DNA from: Fibrobacter sp.
GTDB lineage: Bacteria; Fibrobacterota; Fibrobacteria; Fibrobacterales; Fibrobacteraceae
Assembly: GCA_045616805.1 (NCBI GenBank)
Contig: JAZLHK010000052.1
Coordinates: forward strand, 23,140-87,139
Length of the DNA: 64,000 nucleotides
Reading direction: 5' to 3'
The stretch's first letter is position 1. Each line of letters opens with the position of its first letter. The notes under the pieces were generated by a model. It was not told where the DNA came from. It did no database searches and saw nothing but the letters and a program-made list of their open reading frames with translations. Positions 16,858 through 24,992 of this stretch are shown here, in pieces. A program made the position numbers and the translations under genes.

Positions 16858-18231
16858 ATGAAAGATCTGATTGTTCAGGAACTTTTGAAAACAGACCACA
16901 AGGACGGCGACCAGCTGCCCTCCGTCCGAGCATTAATGAAATCCTTTGCTGTTTCCTCCAGCACCATCCAATCAGCCCTTAAACAACTGGCAAGTGAATC
17001 TAAAATTTCAAGGATTCAGGGAAAGGGATGCTTCTGGGGCGATAAAATTCAGTTTAATGCAGTTCCTACGGTTCACGAATCCGTGTCAACACAGATCAAG
17101 AACGCCTTTGAACACGATATCGCCAGCGGCTTCTTCAAAATTGGCGATCCCCTCCCCCTTTCCAAGGAACTAACGATCCGCTACAATGTTTCTCCCAATT
17201 CCCTTAGAAAATTCCTAGAGGAACTAGTAGCCCGTGGAACCCTAAAAAAAGTGGGACGTCGTTTCTACTTTGCCACAAAAAAAATTTTCACAACACAAAC
17301 CTCGTTAAGCGAACTGATTTTCGTTACCCGGTGCAACAGCTGGGGTGGTTTTTCTCCGGAGAGTGAACGAGAAATGGATTTTCTCCGCCTAGTCTACAAA
17401 ACGGCGGGAAAGAATCAATACAAATTAATCCTGCTGGGATATAACGACAACCAGGGAAAACTGGTGGATCGTAGCGGAGCAGTCAAGCAACTTAGCGATT
17501 TTCCCAATGCCATAGGCATTCTTATTTCAACTCTTCTGGTGCAAAACTGGAAAGTACTCCTTTCCCACTTCACCACCGTTAAAATTCCCGTCGCCGTGTG
17601 GTGGGAACACCCCAAGGAAACACTTCCCAAAAACTATACGAACAAAAACAACTGGATTTTCTTCAACTCCACGTTCGGTTCGGCTCCGGGTATTGAAATT
17701 GGGAAATTCCTAAAGCAACACGGTATCCATGAAGCGTGCTACCTTTCCCCCTACCATGACAGTTCCTGGTCCAAGGACCGACTAGAAGGTTTAAAAGAAT
17801 CCGGAATTGTGGTACATGCTTACGTAGACGAGGAATTTGCAAGCCCCTGGGATTTCAAGCAAATCGCAAGAAAGAAGGTGGACAAAAGTTCTGTGGAATT
17901 CTACGCGCGCAATTTGGAAAAGCAGAAATTAAGTACACTCATCCAGAATGCACAATTTGAATTAGGCGAAAGATTTTCTGAAATTCCGTTGGTTTGCGTC
18001 AATGACGAAGTAGCGGGACTTTGCATCGAAATGGCAGAAGGTTCAAGCAAAAAAGAGCCTACCTACATCGGCTTTGACAATTCCGTAGAAAGCTACCTGT
18101 TAAGAATTCCGTCCTACGACTTCAATACGGAAACCCTGGTGGAGCAGATGTTCTACTACATCAGCAATCCAGACGCATTCACCCAGAAAAAAAATATCCA
18201 CCACATCATTGGGAATGTGGTGGAGAAATAA
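16858..18231 (+). CDS. GntR-family HTH regulator fused to a LacI/periplasmic-binding-protein-type sugar-binding domain (AraR-like architecture)
   Basis: N-terminus MKDLIVQELLKTDHKDGDQLPSVRALMKSFAVSSSTIQSALKQL is a GntR winged HTH. The C-terminal roughly 330 aa are PBP-like. Confidence 0.7.
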   Translation: MKDLIVQELLKTDHKDGDQLPSVRALMKSFAVSSSTIQSALKQLASESKISRIQGKGCFWGDKIQFNAVPTVHESVSTQIKNAFEHDIASGFFKIGDPLPLSKELTIRYNVSPNSLRKFLEELVARGTLKKVGRRFYFATKKIFTTQTSLSELIFVTRCNSWGGFSPESEREMDFLRLVYKTAGKNQYKLILLGYNDNQGKLVDRSGAVKQLSDFPNAIGILISTLLVQNWKVLLSHFTTVKIPVAVWWEHPKETLPKNYTNKNNWIFFNSTFGSAPGIEIGKFLKQHGIHEACYLSPYHDSSWSKDRLEGLKESGIVVHAYVDEEFASPWDFKQIARKKVDKSSVEFYARNLEKQKLSTLIQNAQFELGERFSEIPLVCVNDEVAGLCIEMAEGSSKKEPTYIGFDNSVESYLLRIPSYDFNTETLVEQMFYYISNPDAFTQKKNIHHIIGNVVEK

Positions 18232-18258
18232 ACACATTTTAGGTTAGTGTCGGCGCGA

Positions 18259-18358
18259 CACTCGCCTTACTTGTTTTGGCCCTCTTCGAGGGCTAAACAA
18301 TCGGCTCGGAAATAAAATCATGCAAGCATGATTTTGCTTCACTCGCCTTACTTGTTTT
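18259..18358. repeat. 19-nt direct repeat duplicating the 3' end and stop codon of the purO-like gene, flanking two hairpins
   Basis: CACTCGCCTTACTTGTTTT occurs at 18259-18277 and at 18340-18358. The second copy contains the real stop at 18348-18350. Between them lie hairpins GCCCTC-TTC-GAGGGC and AAAATCATGC-AA-GCATGATTTT. Confidence 0.85.
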
Positions 18359-19082
18359 TGTTCACGATCAGGGTCTTTGCCTTGAAGGTCTTGCGGTCGA
18401 TGACCTTGACCATCAGAGAAACCTTGTTATCCTTGTCCAGGGCGTTCCAGTACTTCTTCAGGTTTTCTTCGGCGGTGTCGAAGATAGGCATGAGCTTCGG
18501 AGAACCTTCGAAAGAAGGAATGGGCTTACCGTCGGTGACGTAAGTGCTGATGAAGTGGCCAAGACCCGGAAGAGCCTTTTCGAATTCGAAGGTAGCACGT
18601 TCGCAGCCTGCGTCTTCGCAGTTGTTGCGGGACTTCAGGATGCTGAGCTTGTACAGAGCAGGCTGAGCATTCTTGTAGTGAATACCGGAAATACGCGGAG
18701 TGAAGTTGGGAGCGTCGTCTTCGTACTGACGGGTTGCGAGTGCGCTTTCAAAAGTGCCGCCCAGCTTGATGGCATCATAGATGGTATCGGTCTGGTCGCC
18801 GTTGGTAATGATCTGCACGTCGGCAGTGTGGCGAGCCGGGTAGTAGATGATGAGGTGCGGATCGGTGAGCTTGGATTCGTCAAAGGCCTTGGTCTTCATG
18901 AAGCCAGTCTTTGCTTCCATTTCGAACACGCGGTTGCGGCTGTTTACGCTACGGCCCATGATCCAGTAGACCTGCACGAAGGACTTGCCATCAGGGCTAG
19001 CGCCGAGGACGATGCCACGACCGGGATACGGATTCTTGGCGAGAGCCTTGAAGTTTTCTTTTGCTTCATCATTGTAAGACAT
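18348..19082 (-). CDS. purO: IMP cyclohydrolase-like protein (archaeal PurO-type family)
   Basis: 244 aa. NPYPGRGIVLG...VQVYWIMGRSVNSRNRVF matches the IMP_cyclohyd family from memory. Confidence 0.6.
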   Translation of the reverse strand: MSYNDEAKENFKALAKNPYPGRGIVLGASPDGKSFVQVYWIMGRSVNSRNRVFEMEAKTGFMKTKAFDESKLTDPHLIIYYPARHTADVQIITNGDQTDTIYDAIKLGGTFESALATRQYEDDAPNFTPRISGIHYKNAQPALYKLSILKSRNNCEDAGCERATFEFEKALPGLGHFISTYVTDGKPIPSFEGSPKLMPIFDTAEENLKKYWNALDKDNKVSLMVKVIDRKTFKAKTLIVNKNK

Positions 19083-19100
19083 ATTGTACCTCTTGTTAAA

Positions 19101-19200
19101 AAGTTTTGAGCTTTGAGCCCACTCACTTCGTTCGCTTTGAGATTGTATAATCGCGCCTTAGGCGCCTCTATCTATCTCATTGCTCATCACTGAAAGCTCG
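19101..19200. repeat. Palindromic heptad element (TGAG arm, TAATCGCGCCT..GGCGCC core, CTCA arm)
   Basis: TGAG at 19107 and 19114. Core at 19148-19166. CTCA/CTCA/CTGA/CTCG at 19176, 19183, 19190 and 19197, at 7-nt spacing. Confidence 0.8.
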
Positions 19201-19201
19201 T

Positions 19202-19573
19202 CTATCTCTTTGGATTATAATTGTTCATCAACACCATGGCAATAGCAACGCACAACATAATGACGCTGCCCACGATCACCTGCTGCTTGTGGTTATACTC
19301 GCGCTTGACATAGCTGGGATTTTCCTCATTCAGTTCCTGGAGCGTCGGTCCCTGATTCAACTTGGTACTATCAATACCATAGAGTTCAGCAATTTCCTCG
19401 TCACTCATATTCAGCGTACTTACATAAGCTGAGTCATAAGTATCCAGCTTGTCTGCGGCACTTGAAACCGCCGGCGTCAGTACGACGCAGAAAAATGCCA
19501 GTAGGAATACACCGAAGAGATTCCGGCTTTCGCCGGAATGACGAACATTGAGAGAATCACACAACAGAGTCAT
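19202..19573 (-). CDS. Hypothetical small bitopic membrane protein
   Basis: 123 aa with N-terminal and C-terminal hydrophobic segments. The 5' end of the ORF contains a REP-like hairpin, so the start is uncertain. Confidence 0.4.
   Translation of the reverse strand: MTLLCDSLNVRHSGESRNLFGVFLLAFFCVVLTPAVSSAADKLDTYDSAYVSTLNMSDEEIAELYGIDSTKLNQGPTLQELNEENPSYVKREYNHKQQVIVGSVIMLCVAIAMVLMNNYNPKR
19517..19545. repeat. REP-like hairpin GAGATTCCGGC-N-GCCGGAATGACGAA
   Basis: Stem ATTCCGG/CCGGAAT. A second copy with the same flanks lies at 26088-26118. Confidence 0.75.
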
Positions 19574-19620
19574 TCCAATAACGTCATTCTGAACTTTTTT
19601 CAGAATCTCTTTAGCCTAAA

Positions 19621-21075
19621 TTATTCCTGGGCCAGCTTGTCGAGAATTTCGTTCACCATGCCCGGGTTGGCCTTACCGCCAGACTTACGCATGGTCATAC
19701 CCACGAGGAAGCCCTTCAGTGCAACCTTACCGGCCTTGAATTCGGCGAACTGGGCAGCGTTGGCGGCACAGACTTCGCGGACGATAGCTTCGATAGCGCC
19801 AGTGTCGGCCACCTGGACCAGGCCCTTTTCCTTAACGATGTCTGCAGGATCCTTGCCGGTTTCGAACATGTCGGCAAACACGGTCTTTGCAATCTTACCG
19901 TTGATGGTCTTGTCTTCGATGAGGTTCACCAGGGCGCAGAGCTGTTCCGGCTTGATCTTCAGGTCGGCGAGACCACCTTCCAGGTCCTTCATCTTGGCTA
20001 GAAGTTCAGTGATGACCCAGTTGGCCAAGACCTTGCCGTTCTTGCAGTTCTTGGATGCGGTATCGAACCAGTCGCTGATGTCGCGGTCGTCGGTCAGCAC
20101 CTGGGCGTCGTATTCGGACACGCCGAGGTCGTTCATGAAGCGGGCGCGGCGGGCATCCGGCAGTTCCGGAAGGGTGCGGCGGATTTCTTCCACGAAGGCA
20201 GGATCGGTGACAAGACGTACCATGTCCGGTTCCGGGAAGTACTTATAGTCGTGAGCGTCTTCCTTACTGCGGATGACGATGGTCTTGTCGGCGTTGGGAT
20301 CGTAACGCTTGGTGCACTGTTCCACTTCCTTGCCAGCGTCCAGAGTGGCGGACTGCAGGTAGTATTCGGCGTTCAAAGCCTTTTCAAGGTTGGTGAAGCT
20401 GTTCAGGTTCTTGATTTCTGCACGGGTGCCGAAAGGTGCGTCTTCGGAAGCGCGGAGGGAGATGTTTCCGTCGCAGCGCATGTTGCCGTTTTCCATGTTG
20501 GCGTTGGAGACGCGGGTGTATTCAAGAGTCTGCTTGATCTTCTTGAGAACGAGAACGGCTTCTTCCGGGCTACGGATGTCCGGTTCCGTGACGATTTCGC
20601 AAAGCGGGGTGCCGCAGCGGTTTGCGTCGAAGTGAGAGTCGGTGGGGCTCATGTCGTGGATCAGCTTACCGGCATCTTCTTCCATGTGGATACGGGTAAT
20701 GCCCACACGCTTCTTGGTACCGTCGGCCTTGATGATTTCAAGCCAACCGTTCTTGCAGATGGGATGGTCATAAACCGGAAGACCGCCAGTCTGGGTAATC
20801 TGATAACCCTTGGGAAGGTCCGGGTAGAAATAGTTCTTACGGGTCCACATGGCGTTCAAATCGATTTCGCAGTTCAGGGCGAGACCCAGACGGATGGCGT
20901 ATTCCACAGCCTTCTTGTTGGGAACAGGCATGGCACCGGGCATACCCAGGCAAACCGGGCAAACGTGCTTGTTGGGGCTGGTGTTCACTTCAATTTCGCA
21001 ACCGCAGAACATCTTAGTCTTGGTAGCGAGCTGGCAATGGATTTCGAGACCAATAACGGTAGAGTAGTTAGGCAT
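19621..21075 (-). CDS. gatB: Asp/Glu-tRNA amidotransferase subunit B
   Basis: 484 aa. MPNYSTVIGLEIHCQLATKTKMFCGC... is the canonical GatB N-terminus, and a C-terminal GatB/YqeY domain is present. Confidence 0.95.
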   Translation of the reverse strand: MPNYSTVIGLEIHCQLATKTKMFCGCEIEVNTSPNKHVCPVCLGMPGAMPVPNKKAVEYAIRLGLALNCEIDLNAMWTRKNYFYPDLPKGYQITQTGGLPVYDHPICKNGWLEIIKADGTKKRVGITRIHMEEDAGKLIHDMSPTDSHFDANRCGTPLCEIVTEPDIRSPEEAVLVLKKIKQTLEYTRVSNANMENGNMRCDGNISLRASEDAPFGTRAEIKNLNSFTNLEKALNAEYYLQSATLDAGKEVEQCTKRYDPNADKTIVIRSKEDAHDYKYFPEPDMVRLVTDPAFVEEIRRTLPELPDARRARFMNDLGVSEYDAQVLTDDRDISDWFDTASKNCKNGKVLANWVITELLAKMKDLEGGLADLKIKPEQLCALVNLIEDKTINGKIAKTVFADMFETGKDPADIVKEKGLVQVADTGAIEAIVREVCAANAAQFAEFKAGKVALKGFLVGMTMRKSGGKANPGMVNEILDKLAQE

Positions 21076-21104
21076 ATTAACTCCAATAAATTTTACCCTT
21101 CAAA

Positions 21105-21134
21105 TATAAAAAAAGCCGCACAACACTGTGCGGC
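21105..21134 (-). terminator. Rho-independent terminator ending the 23312-21146 operon
   Basis: Stem GCCGCACA/TGTGCGGC with a 4-nt loop, followed by a T-run on the minus strand. Confidence 0.8.
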
Positions 21135-21145
21135 ATCCGTCAAGA

Positions 21146-21706
21146 TTACTCGATAGTAAAGCAGGTTCCGTAGTAGATGAAGGGACGTTTCTTCTTTTTC
21201 TTGAACTTGCCCTTGCCGCCACCTTCCAGACCAGAGACAAGGTCCTGAATTCCACCCATATCGACCTGGTTGGGATCCCCCTGTTCCTCCTCCCCTTCCT
21301 TCACCTTGAAGTACGGAATGACCAGATCAAAGTCATCCTTGTCGGCATCCTTTTCAAAGTTGAAGGAATATTCGGTTTCAGTATTTCCATCCTTGACTCG
21401 CTTGCTGGAAATGCTGACGCTCATGAGACGAGCATTCAGGGTAATGGCATCAAAGTCAATTTTCATATCCAGTGCATAGTCTTCCAGGGGAAGGGTTGTC
21501 TTGGAAAAGCAGAAATCACCAATGCTATTGAATACGCCATCCAGTTCAACGCCGTACTTCATGAGATCACGAAGCATGGAATGGGTTGCTCCATATTCCA
21601 TCGCCTTGAGAGTAAACTTGGACTTCACCATCAGTTGCTGCAGTTTCAGGGAATACTTGTCCAAGCGGGAAGTCAGTTCCATTTGCATTTTAAATTCTTT
21701 TGCCAT
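21146..21706 (-). CDS. Hypothetical protein with an acidic middle region and a Gly/Lys-rich C-terminal tail
   Basis: ATG at 21706 is preceded by AAGGAA. 186 aa. I recognise no family. Tail is GGGKGKFKKKKKRPFIYYGTCFTIE. Confidence 0.5.
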   Translation of the reverse strand: MAKEFKMQMELTSRLDKYSLKLQQLMVKSKFTLKAMEYGATHSMLRDLMKYGVELDGVFNSIGDFCFSKTTLPLEDYALDMKIDFDAITLNARLMSVSISSKRVKDGNTETEYSFNFEKDADKDDFDLVIPYFKVKEGEEEQGDPNQVDMGGIQDLVSGLEGGGKGKFKKKKKRPFIYYGTCFTIE

Positions 21707-21750
21707 ATTCGTTCCTTTTTTCGAGAGCAAATATAATTCTTTATCAAAAA

Positions 21751-22221
21751 CTAGACTTCATCTAGAGTCACCACGGGAATGTCCGTCGCCATGGCAAAAT
21801 TCTGATTTTCCGTAAGAATGCAATCTGCCCCATTAACAAAGGCGGTCGCAAGGCGAAGTGCATCTTCTTCTGTCAACTTGTGGTTGGTACGGCATGCAGC
21901 TGCAAATAATTCTGCAGCCTTAACCGCAATTTCGCCATCAACTTCACAGAGTTTCACATTGGCGGAATTTTCAAAAAATTCACGATACTGTCGAGCGAGA
22001 ACCCCTTCCCCAGCCATGCAAGCCTTACGGGAAAGTTCAAATAGCGTTACCGAAGATGTCAACAAGGTCATCTTCTTCTCATACGCGTAGTCCAGAACAG
22101 AAGACACAACAGGATAATATTCCGGATGCATCTGAAGCAGACGCACAATGGCGCCAGTATCCAGAAAGAGTATGCGAGACTGTTCCAGGGACTTGTTCAT
22201 AAGGATTCGCGAGCCTTCCAC
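21751..22221 (-). CDS. PIN-domain protein (VapC-like nuclease fold)
   Basis: ILFLDTGAIV (first Asp), LFELSRKA (Glu), EEDALRLATAF (Asp) and ADCILTENQNF (fourth acidic position) match PIN spacing. An alternative start lies at 22200. Confidence 0.65.
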   Translation of the reverse strand: MEGSRILMNKSLEQSRILFLDTGAIVRLLQMHPEYYPVVSSVLDYAYEKKMTLLTSSVTLFELSRKACMAGEGVLARQYREFFENSANVKLCEVDGEIAVKAAELFAAACRTNHKLTEEDALRLATAFVNGADCILTENQNFAMATDIPVVTLDEV

Positions 22222-22235
22222 CGCACAAAGTTAAT

Positions 22236-23312
22236 TTATTCGTAAATTTCCATCTGGGCGATATCTTCTCGCATGCCGGCACGGACCATTCTAAACTGTT
22301 CCGCCTTGGGATAGAAGTACCAGAGCCACCATTCTCCACTAATGTCGGTACGCTTGGTCTTGATAACTATAGGCTTTTCTCCCTTGTAGAAGTCTCGCTT
22401 GTGAGGAATCACATGTTCGAAGGGTCGATAGGTATGAACCTCTTCGCCTGCCTTACGTTCAATGAAGCCGTTACCACCCTTACTCCAGGTAATGGTCACC
22501 TTGCCGTTTTCGTCCTTTTCATCCTTGCAGGAATCAAAGCCGCTATCGCACCACTTGAACTTTTTGTAGGTGAAGGATTTTTCCGGCATATTGAAAGTTT
22601 CCACCTTGCGAGAATTTCCCTTATAGGTGTTATAGTCACCTTCCAGCTTGTAATTGCCAGCATTATATTCGCTACAGCCACGCTGCACCACCTTAACCTG
22701 GCGGTTGTTCAGGCCGATATCTACAGAGCATCCGTCTTCCTGATAACTCAGCCGACCATGACCATTGGATTCACGAATTTCCAGATTTCCCATTTCAATT
22801 TCAGCGCGATTTCCTTCAGGACCGTTCTGGATAACCACATTGAAACGATTGGGATTGTTCGGGGATTTCTTCAGGAATACACTACCAGTTGCAGAAGCAT
22901 ATTCCCCACTAAGGTCCTTAGCTTCCTGCTGGAAACGAGCCAAGTCAGCGCGGCGAACCCACACGTTGCCCAGCTTACAGTCGATGGGAACAAACTTAGG
23001 GGGTTCCGTAGATTCCCTTTCTTCCCAAGTGACGACCTTTTTCTTCTTGACCTTCATCTTGGGCTTACCCTTCTTGTCTTTCTTGATGTTTCCCTTTTTA
23101 TCCTTAACGGGAACCATTTCCTTTTCGTAGGTAATTTTTTTCACCTTTTCCTTGGGAATGGGAAGTTCCTTGATCCAGTCAGACTTGGACAGCGTCCCGA
23201 TGGATTTTTCTTCATCGACAACGCCATTTACCTGCTTATATGCAGGCAAAGTTTCCTGGGAAAACGCAAAGGAAACAAAAAGAACCAGTAAAAAAACAAC
23301 AATCTTTTTCAA
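22236..23312 (-). CDS. Hypothetical secreted protein with a Lys-rich segment
   Basis: No in-frame ATG. A TTG at 23312, 6 nt after AGAGG, gives MKKIVVFLLVLFVSFAFSQ (signal peptide). Contains KKGNIKKDKKGKPKMKVKKKK and several Cys residues. Confidence 0.5.
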   Translation of the reverse strand: MKKIVVFLLVLFVSFAFSQETLPAYKQVNGVVDEEKSIGTLSKSDWIKELPIPKEKVKKITYEKEMVPVKDKKGNIKKDKKGKPKMKVKKKKVVTWEERESTEPPKFVPIDCKLGNVWVRRADLARFQQEAKDLSGEYASATGSVFLKKSPNNPNRFNVVIQNGPEGNRAEIEMGNLEIRESNGHGRLSYQEDGCSVDIGLNNRQVKVVQRGCSEYNAGNYKLEGDYNTYKGNSRKVETFNMPEKSFTYKKFKWCDSGFDSCKDEKDENGKVTITWSKGGNGFIERKAGEEVHTYRPFEHVIPHKRDFYKGEKPIVIKTKRTDISGEWWLWYFYPKAEQFRMVRAGMREDIAQMEIYE

Positions 23313-23430
23313 AGCCAACCTCTTTTGCGGTATAAGTTAACTTTTTATGGGAGCTACAAAAATTTTTCCACCAAAAAGGAATCATTTTTACTAAAATTTT
23401 ACCAATTGGAAAAACAAGGAGATCCCTATA

Positions 23431-24840
23431 ATGAAAAAAATGTTTCTCGCTTCCTGCCTCCTGGCTGCATCTGTTTTCGCAGCCCCTGAAGCAAAGACTG
23501 AAGCAGTAGCCCCCGCAGCTGCACCGGCACCCGCTGCTGCACCGGCAGAACAGGCTGCACCTGCAGCTGAAGCTCCGAAGGCTGAAGCCGCACAGGCTCC
23601 TGCTGCCGAAGCTGCTCCTGCTGAAGCCGCTCAGGCTCCTGCTGCTGAAGCAGCACCCGCTGAAGCTGCTCCTGCTGAAGAAGTAAAGGCTGCTGAAGCT
23701 GCACCTGCCGAAGAAAAGGCTGAAGAAGTCAAGGCCGCTGAAGCTCCGAAGGCTGAACCGGCACCAGCAGCAAAGCCCGCAAAGAAGCGTAAGAAAAAGA
23801 AGATGATTGAAAACGCTATGCTCCAGACTGCCAAGCTGGACTTTGACGTTCTCGCTGACTTCGAATTGGAAGCCGGCAAGGTCTTCTGGAATACCGAAGA
23901 CGACGTTTATGGCGACAACCTGGAAACCTGGAACGGCGAAGCAAACTTCGCTATCCGTGCCGAAGGCGAAGACTTCAAGGGCAAGATCGGTGTTGCTTTC
24001 TATCCGGGCGACCTTAAGGCCGCATCTGACGACTCCGACGTTGCAAATACCAAGGAAGCTCGCAAGCAGGCAAAGAAGGACAAGAAGGAAGCTCTCGCTA
24101 ACGACAAGTATGAAACCGTAGCTGACTACTTCAGCCTGGACGAAGCATGGGCAATGCAGAATACCGACCTCTTCGTATTCAAGGTCGGTCGTTGGGACAA
24201 CACTGACAAGAACGGCGACTACTTCGGTGGTTACATCGATGGTTACCTGGCCGGCTTCATGTCTACCCAGGCTTCTGAAAACCAGTTGCAGTTCGGCTTC
24301 ACCCCGACTGAAAACCTGGACCTCTTCGTTTCTCTCATTAGCGGTTCCCCGAACCTGGATAAGGGCGACCTCCGTGCCGCATTCAACTTCCACGGTCTCG
24401 AAAGCCTCCCGGACCTCAATGTCCAGTTGGCCTACCGCAGCAACCTCTTTGATGCAATTTACGATGCTGACGTAGACATCGTTCACAATGCATCCTTGAA
24501 GGCTCGCCTCCCCATCGTGAAGAATGCCTTCTCCATCTTCGGTGAAGCAGCCCTCATCAACATGGATCCCAACGACGACATGGTCATGCCGGTTACCGGT
24601 GGCTTTGCCTTCTACACTCCTGTTGTTGACCGCATCATCATTGAAGCTGAATATGTTAAGGATCGTAGCGAAAACGAAGACTTCATTCAGTTCAACAGCA
24701 AGCATGTGAAGGACGTTCTCGGTGCAATCTACCTGGAAAAGGCATTCACCGACCGCTTCAGCCTGTCTGCTGGTTTCCACAGCTACGGTTCTACCAAGGA
24801 CTTCATGTTGTCTGGCAACCTGGTTGGCCGTATCAACTAA
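23431..24840 (+). CDS. Porin-like outer-membrane protein with an Ala/Pro/Glu/Lys-rich N-terminal region (paralog of 56390-58069)
   Basis: Signal peptide MKKMFLASCLLAASVFA, then about 100 aa of low-complexity APAAEA repeats and KKRKKKK, then about 340 aa with a beta-strand-like pattern. Confidence 0.6.
   Translation: MKKMFLASCLLAASVFAAPEAKTEAVAPAAAPAPAAAPAEQAAPAAEAPKAEAAQAPAAEAAPAEAAQAPAAEAAPAEAAPAEEVKAAEAAPAEEKAEEVKAAEAPKAEPAPAAKPAKKRKKKKMIENAMLQTAKLDFDVLADFELEAGKVFWNTEDDVYGDNLETWNGEANFAIRAEGEDFKGKIGVAFYPGDLKAASDDSDVANTKEARKQAKKDKKEALANDKYETVADYFSLDEAWAMQNTDLFVFKVGRWDNTDKNGDYFGGYIDGYLAGFMSTQASENQLQFGFTPTENLDLFVSLISGSPNLDKGDLRAAFNFHGLESLPDLNVQLAYRSNLFDAIYDADVDIVHNASLKARLPIVKNAFSIFGEAALINMDPNDDMVMPVTGGFAFYTPVVDRIIIEAEYVKDRSENEDFIQFNSKHVKDVLGAIYLEKAFTDRFSLSAGFHSYGSTKDFMLSGNLVGRIN
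23581..23670 (+). repeat. In-frame 39-nt tandem repeat (about 2.3 units) encoding AEAAQAPAAEAAP
   Basis: Units at 23581-23619 and 23620-23658, plus a partial third unit. Confidence 0.8.
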
Positions 24841-24862
24841 TCTGAGGTCTAGTTCTCATAAG

Positions 24863-24892
24863 AACGCCTGGTTAACACCAGGCGTTTTTTTT
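24863..24892 (+). terminator. Rho-independent terminator
   Basis: AACGCCTGG-TTAACA-CCAGGCGTT followed by TTTTTT. Confidence 0.85.
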
Positions 24893-24913
24893 GCAGGCAA
24901 ACCGTTGAACTTG

Positions 24914-24947
24914 AAAAAAGCCCCGACATCCACAAGATGCCGGGGCT
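24914..24947 (-). terminator. Rho-independent terminator for the 65-aa gene
   Basis: Stem AGCCCCG/CGGGGCT, with a T-run on the minus strand. Confidence 0.7.
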
Positions 24948-24992
24948 ATTTAATATCAATTAGACTAGACTACACCTAGATCAAGTGAAGGA

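Noticed and set aside
21751-22221. A canonical VapBC toxin-antitoxin pair.
   Set aside because: No small DNA-binding antitoxin ORF lies immediately upstream. The neighbouring genes are a secreted 358-aa protein and a 186-aa unknown. It is kept only as a non-canonical hypothesis.
23236-24780. Very long antisense ORFs opposite real genes. Examples: 23236-24780, 56336-58084, 40025-43189, 44230-45843, 36805-38394, 27542-29044, 26184-27473, 46192-47466, 52158-53090, 53879-55435, 59205-60482 and 20251-21156.
   Set aside because: Each lies opposite a gene with strong family-level similarity. Their translations are low-complexity and rich in V/G/H/F/C, with no recognisable motifs. They are the expected shadow frames of genes with GC-rich third positions or repeats.
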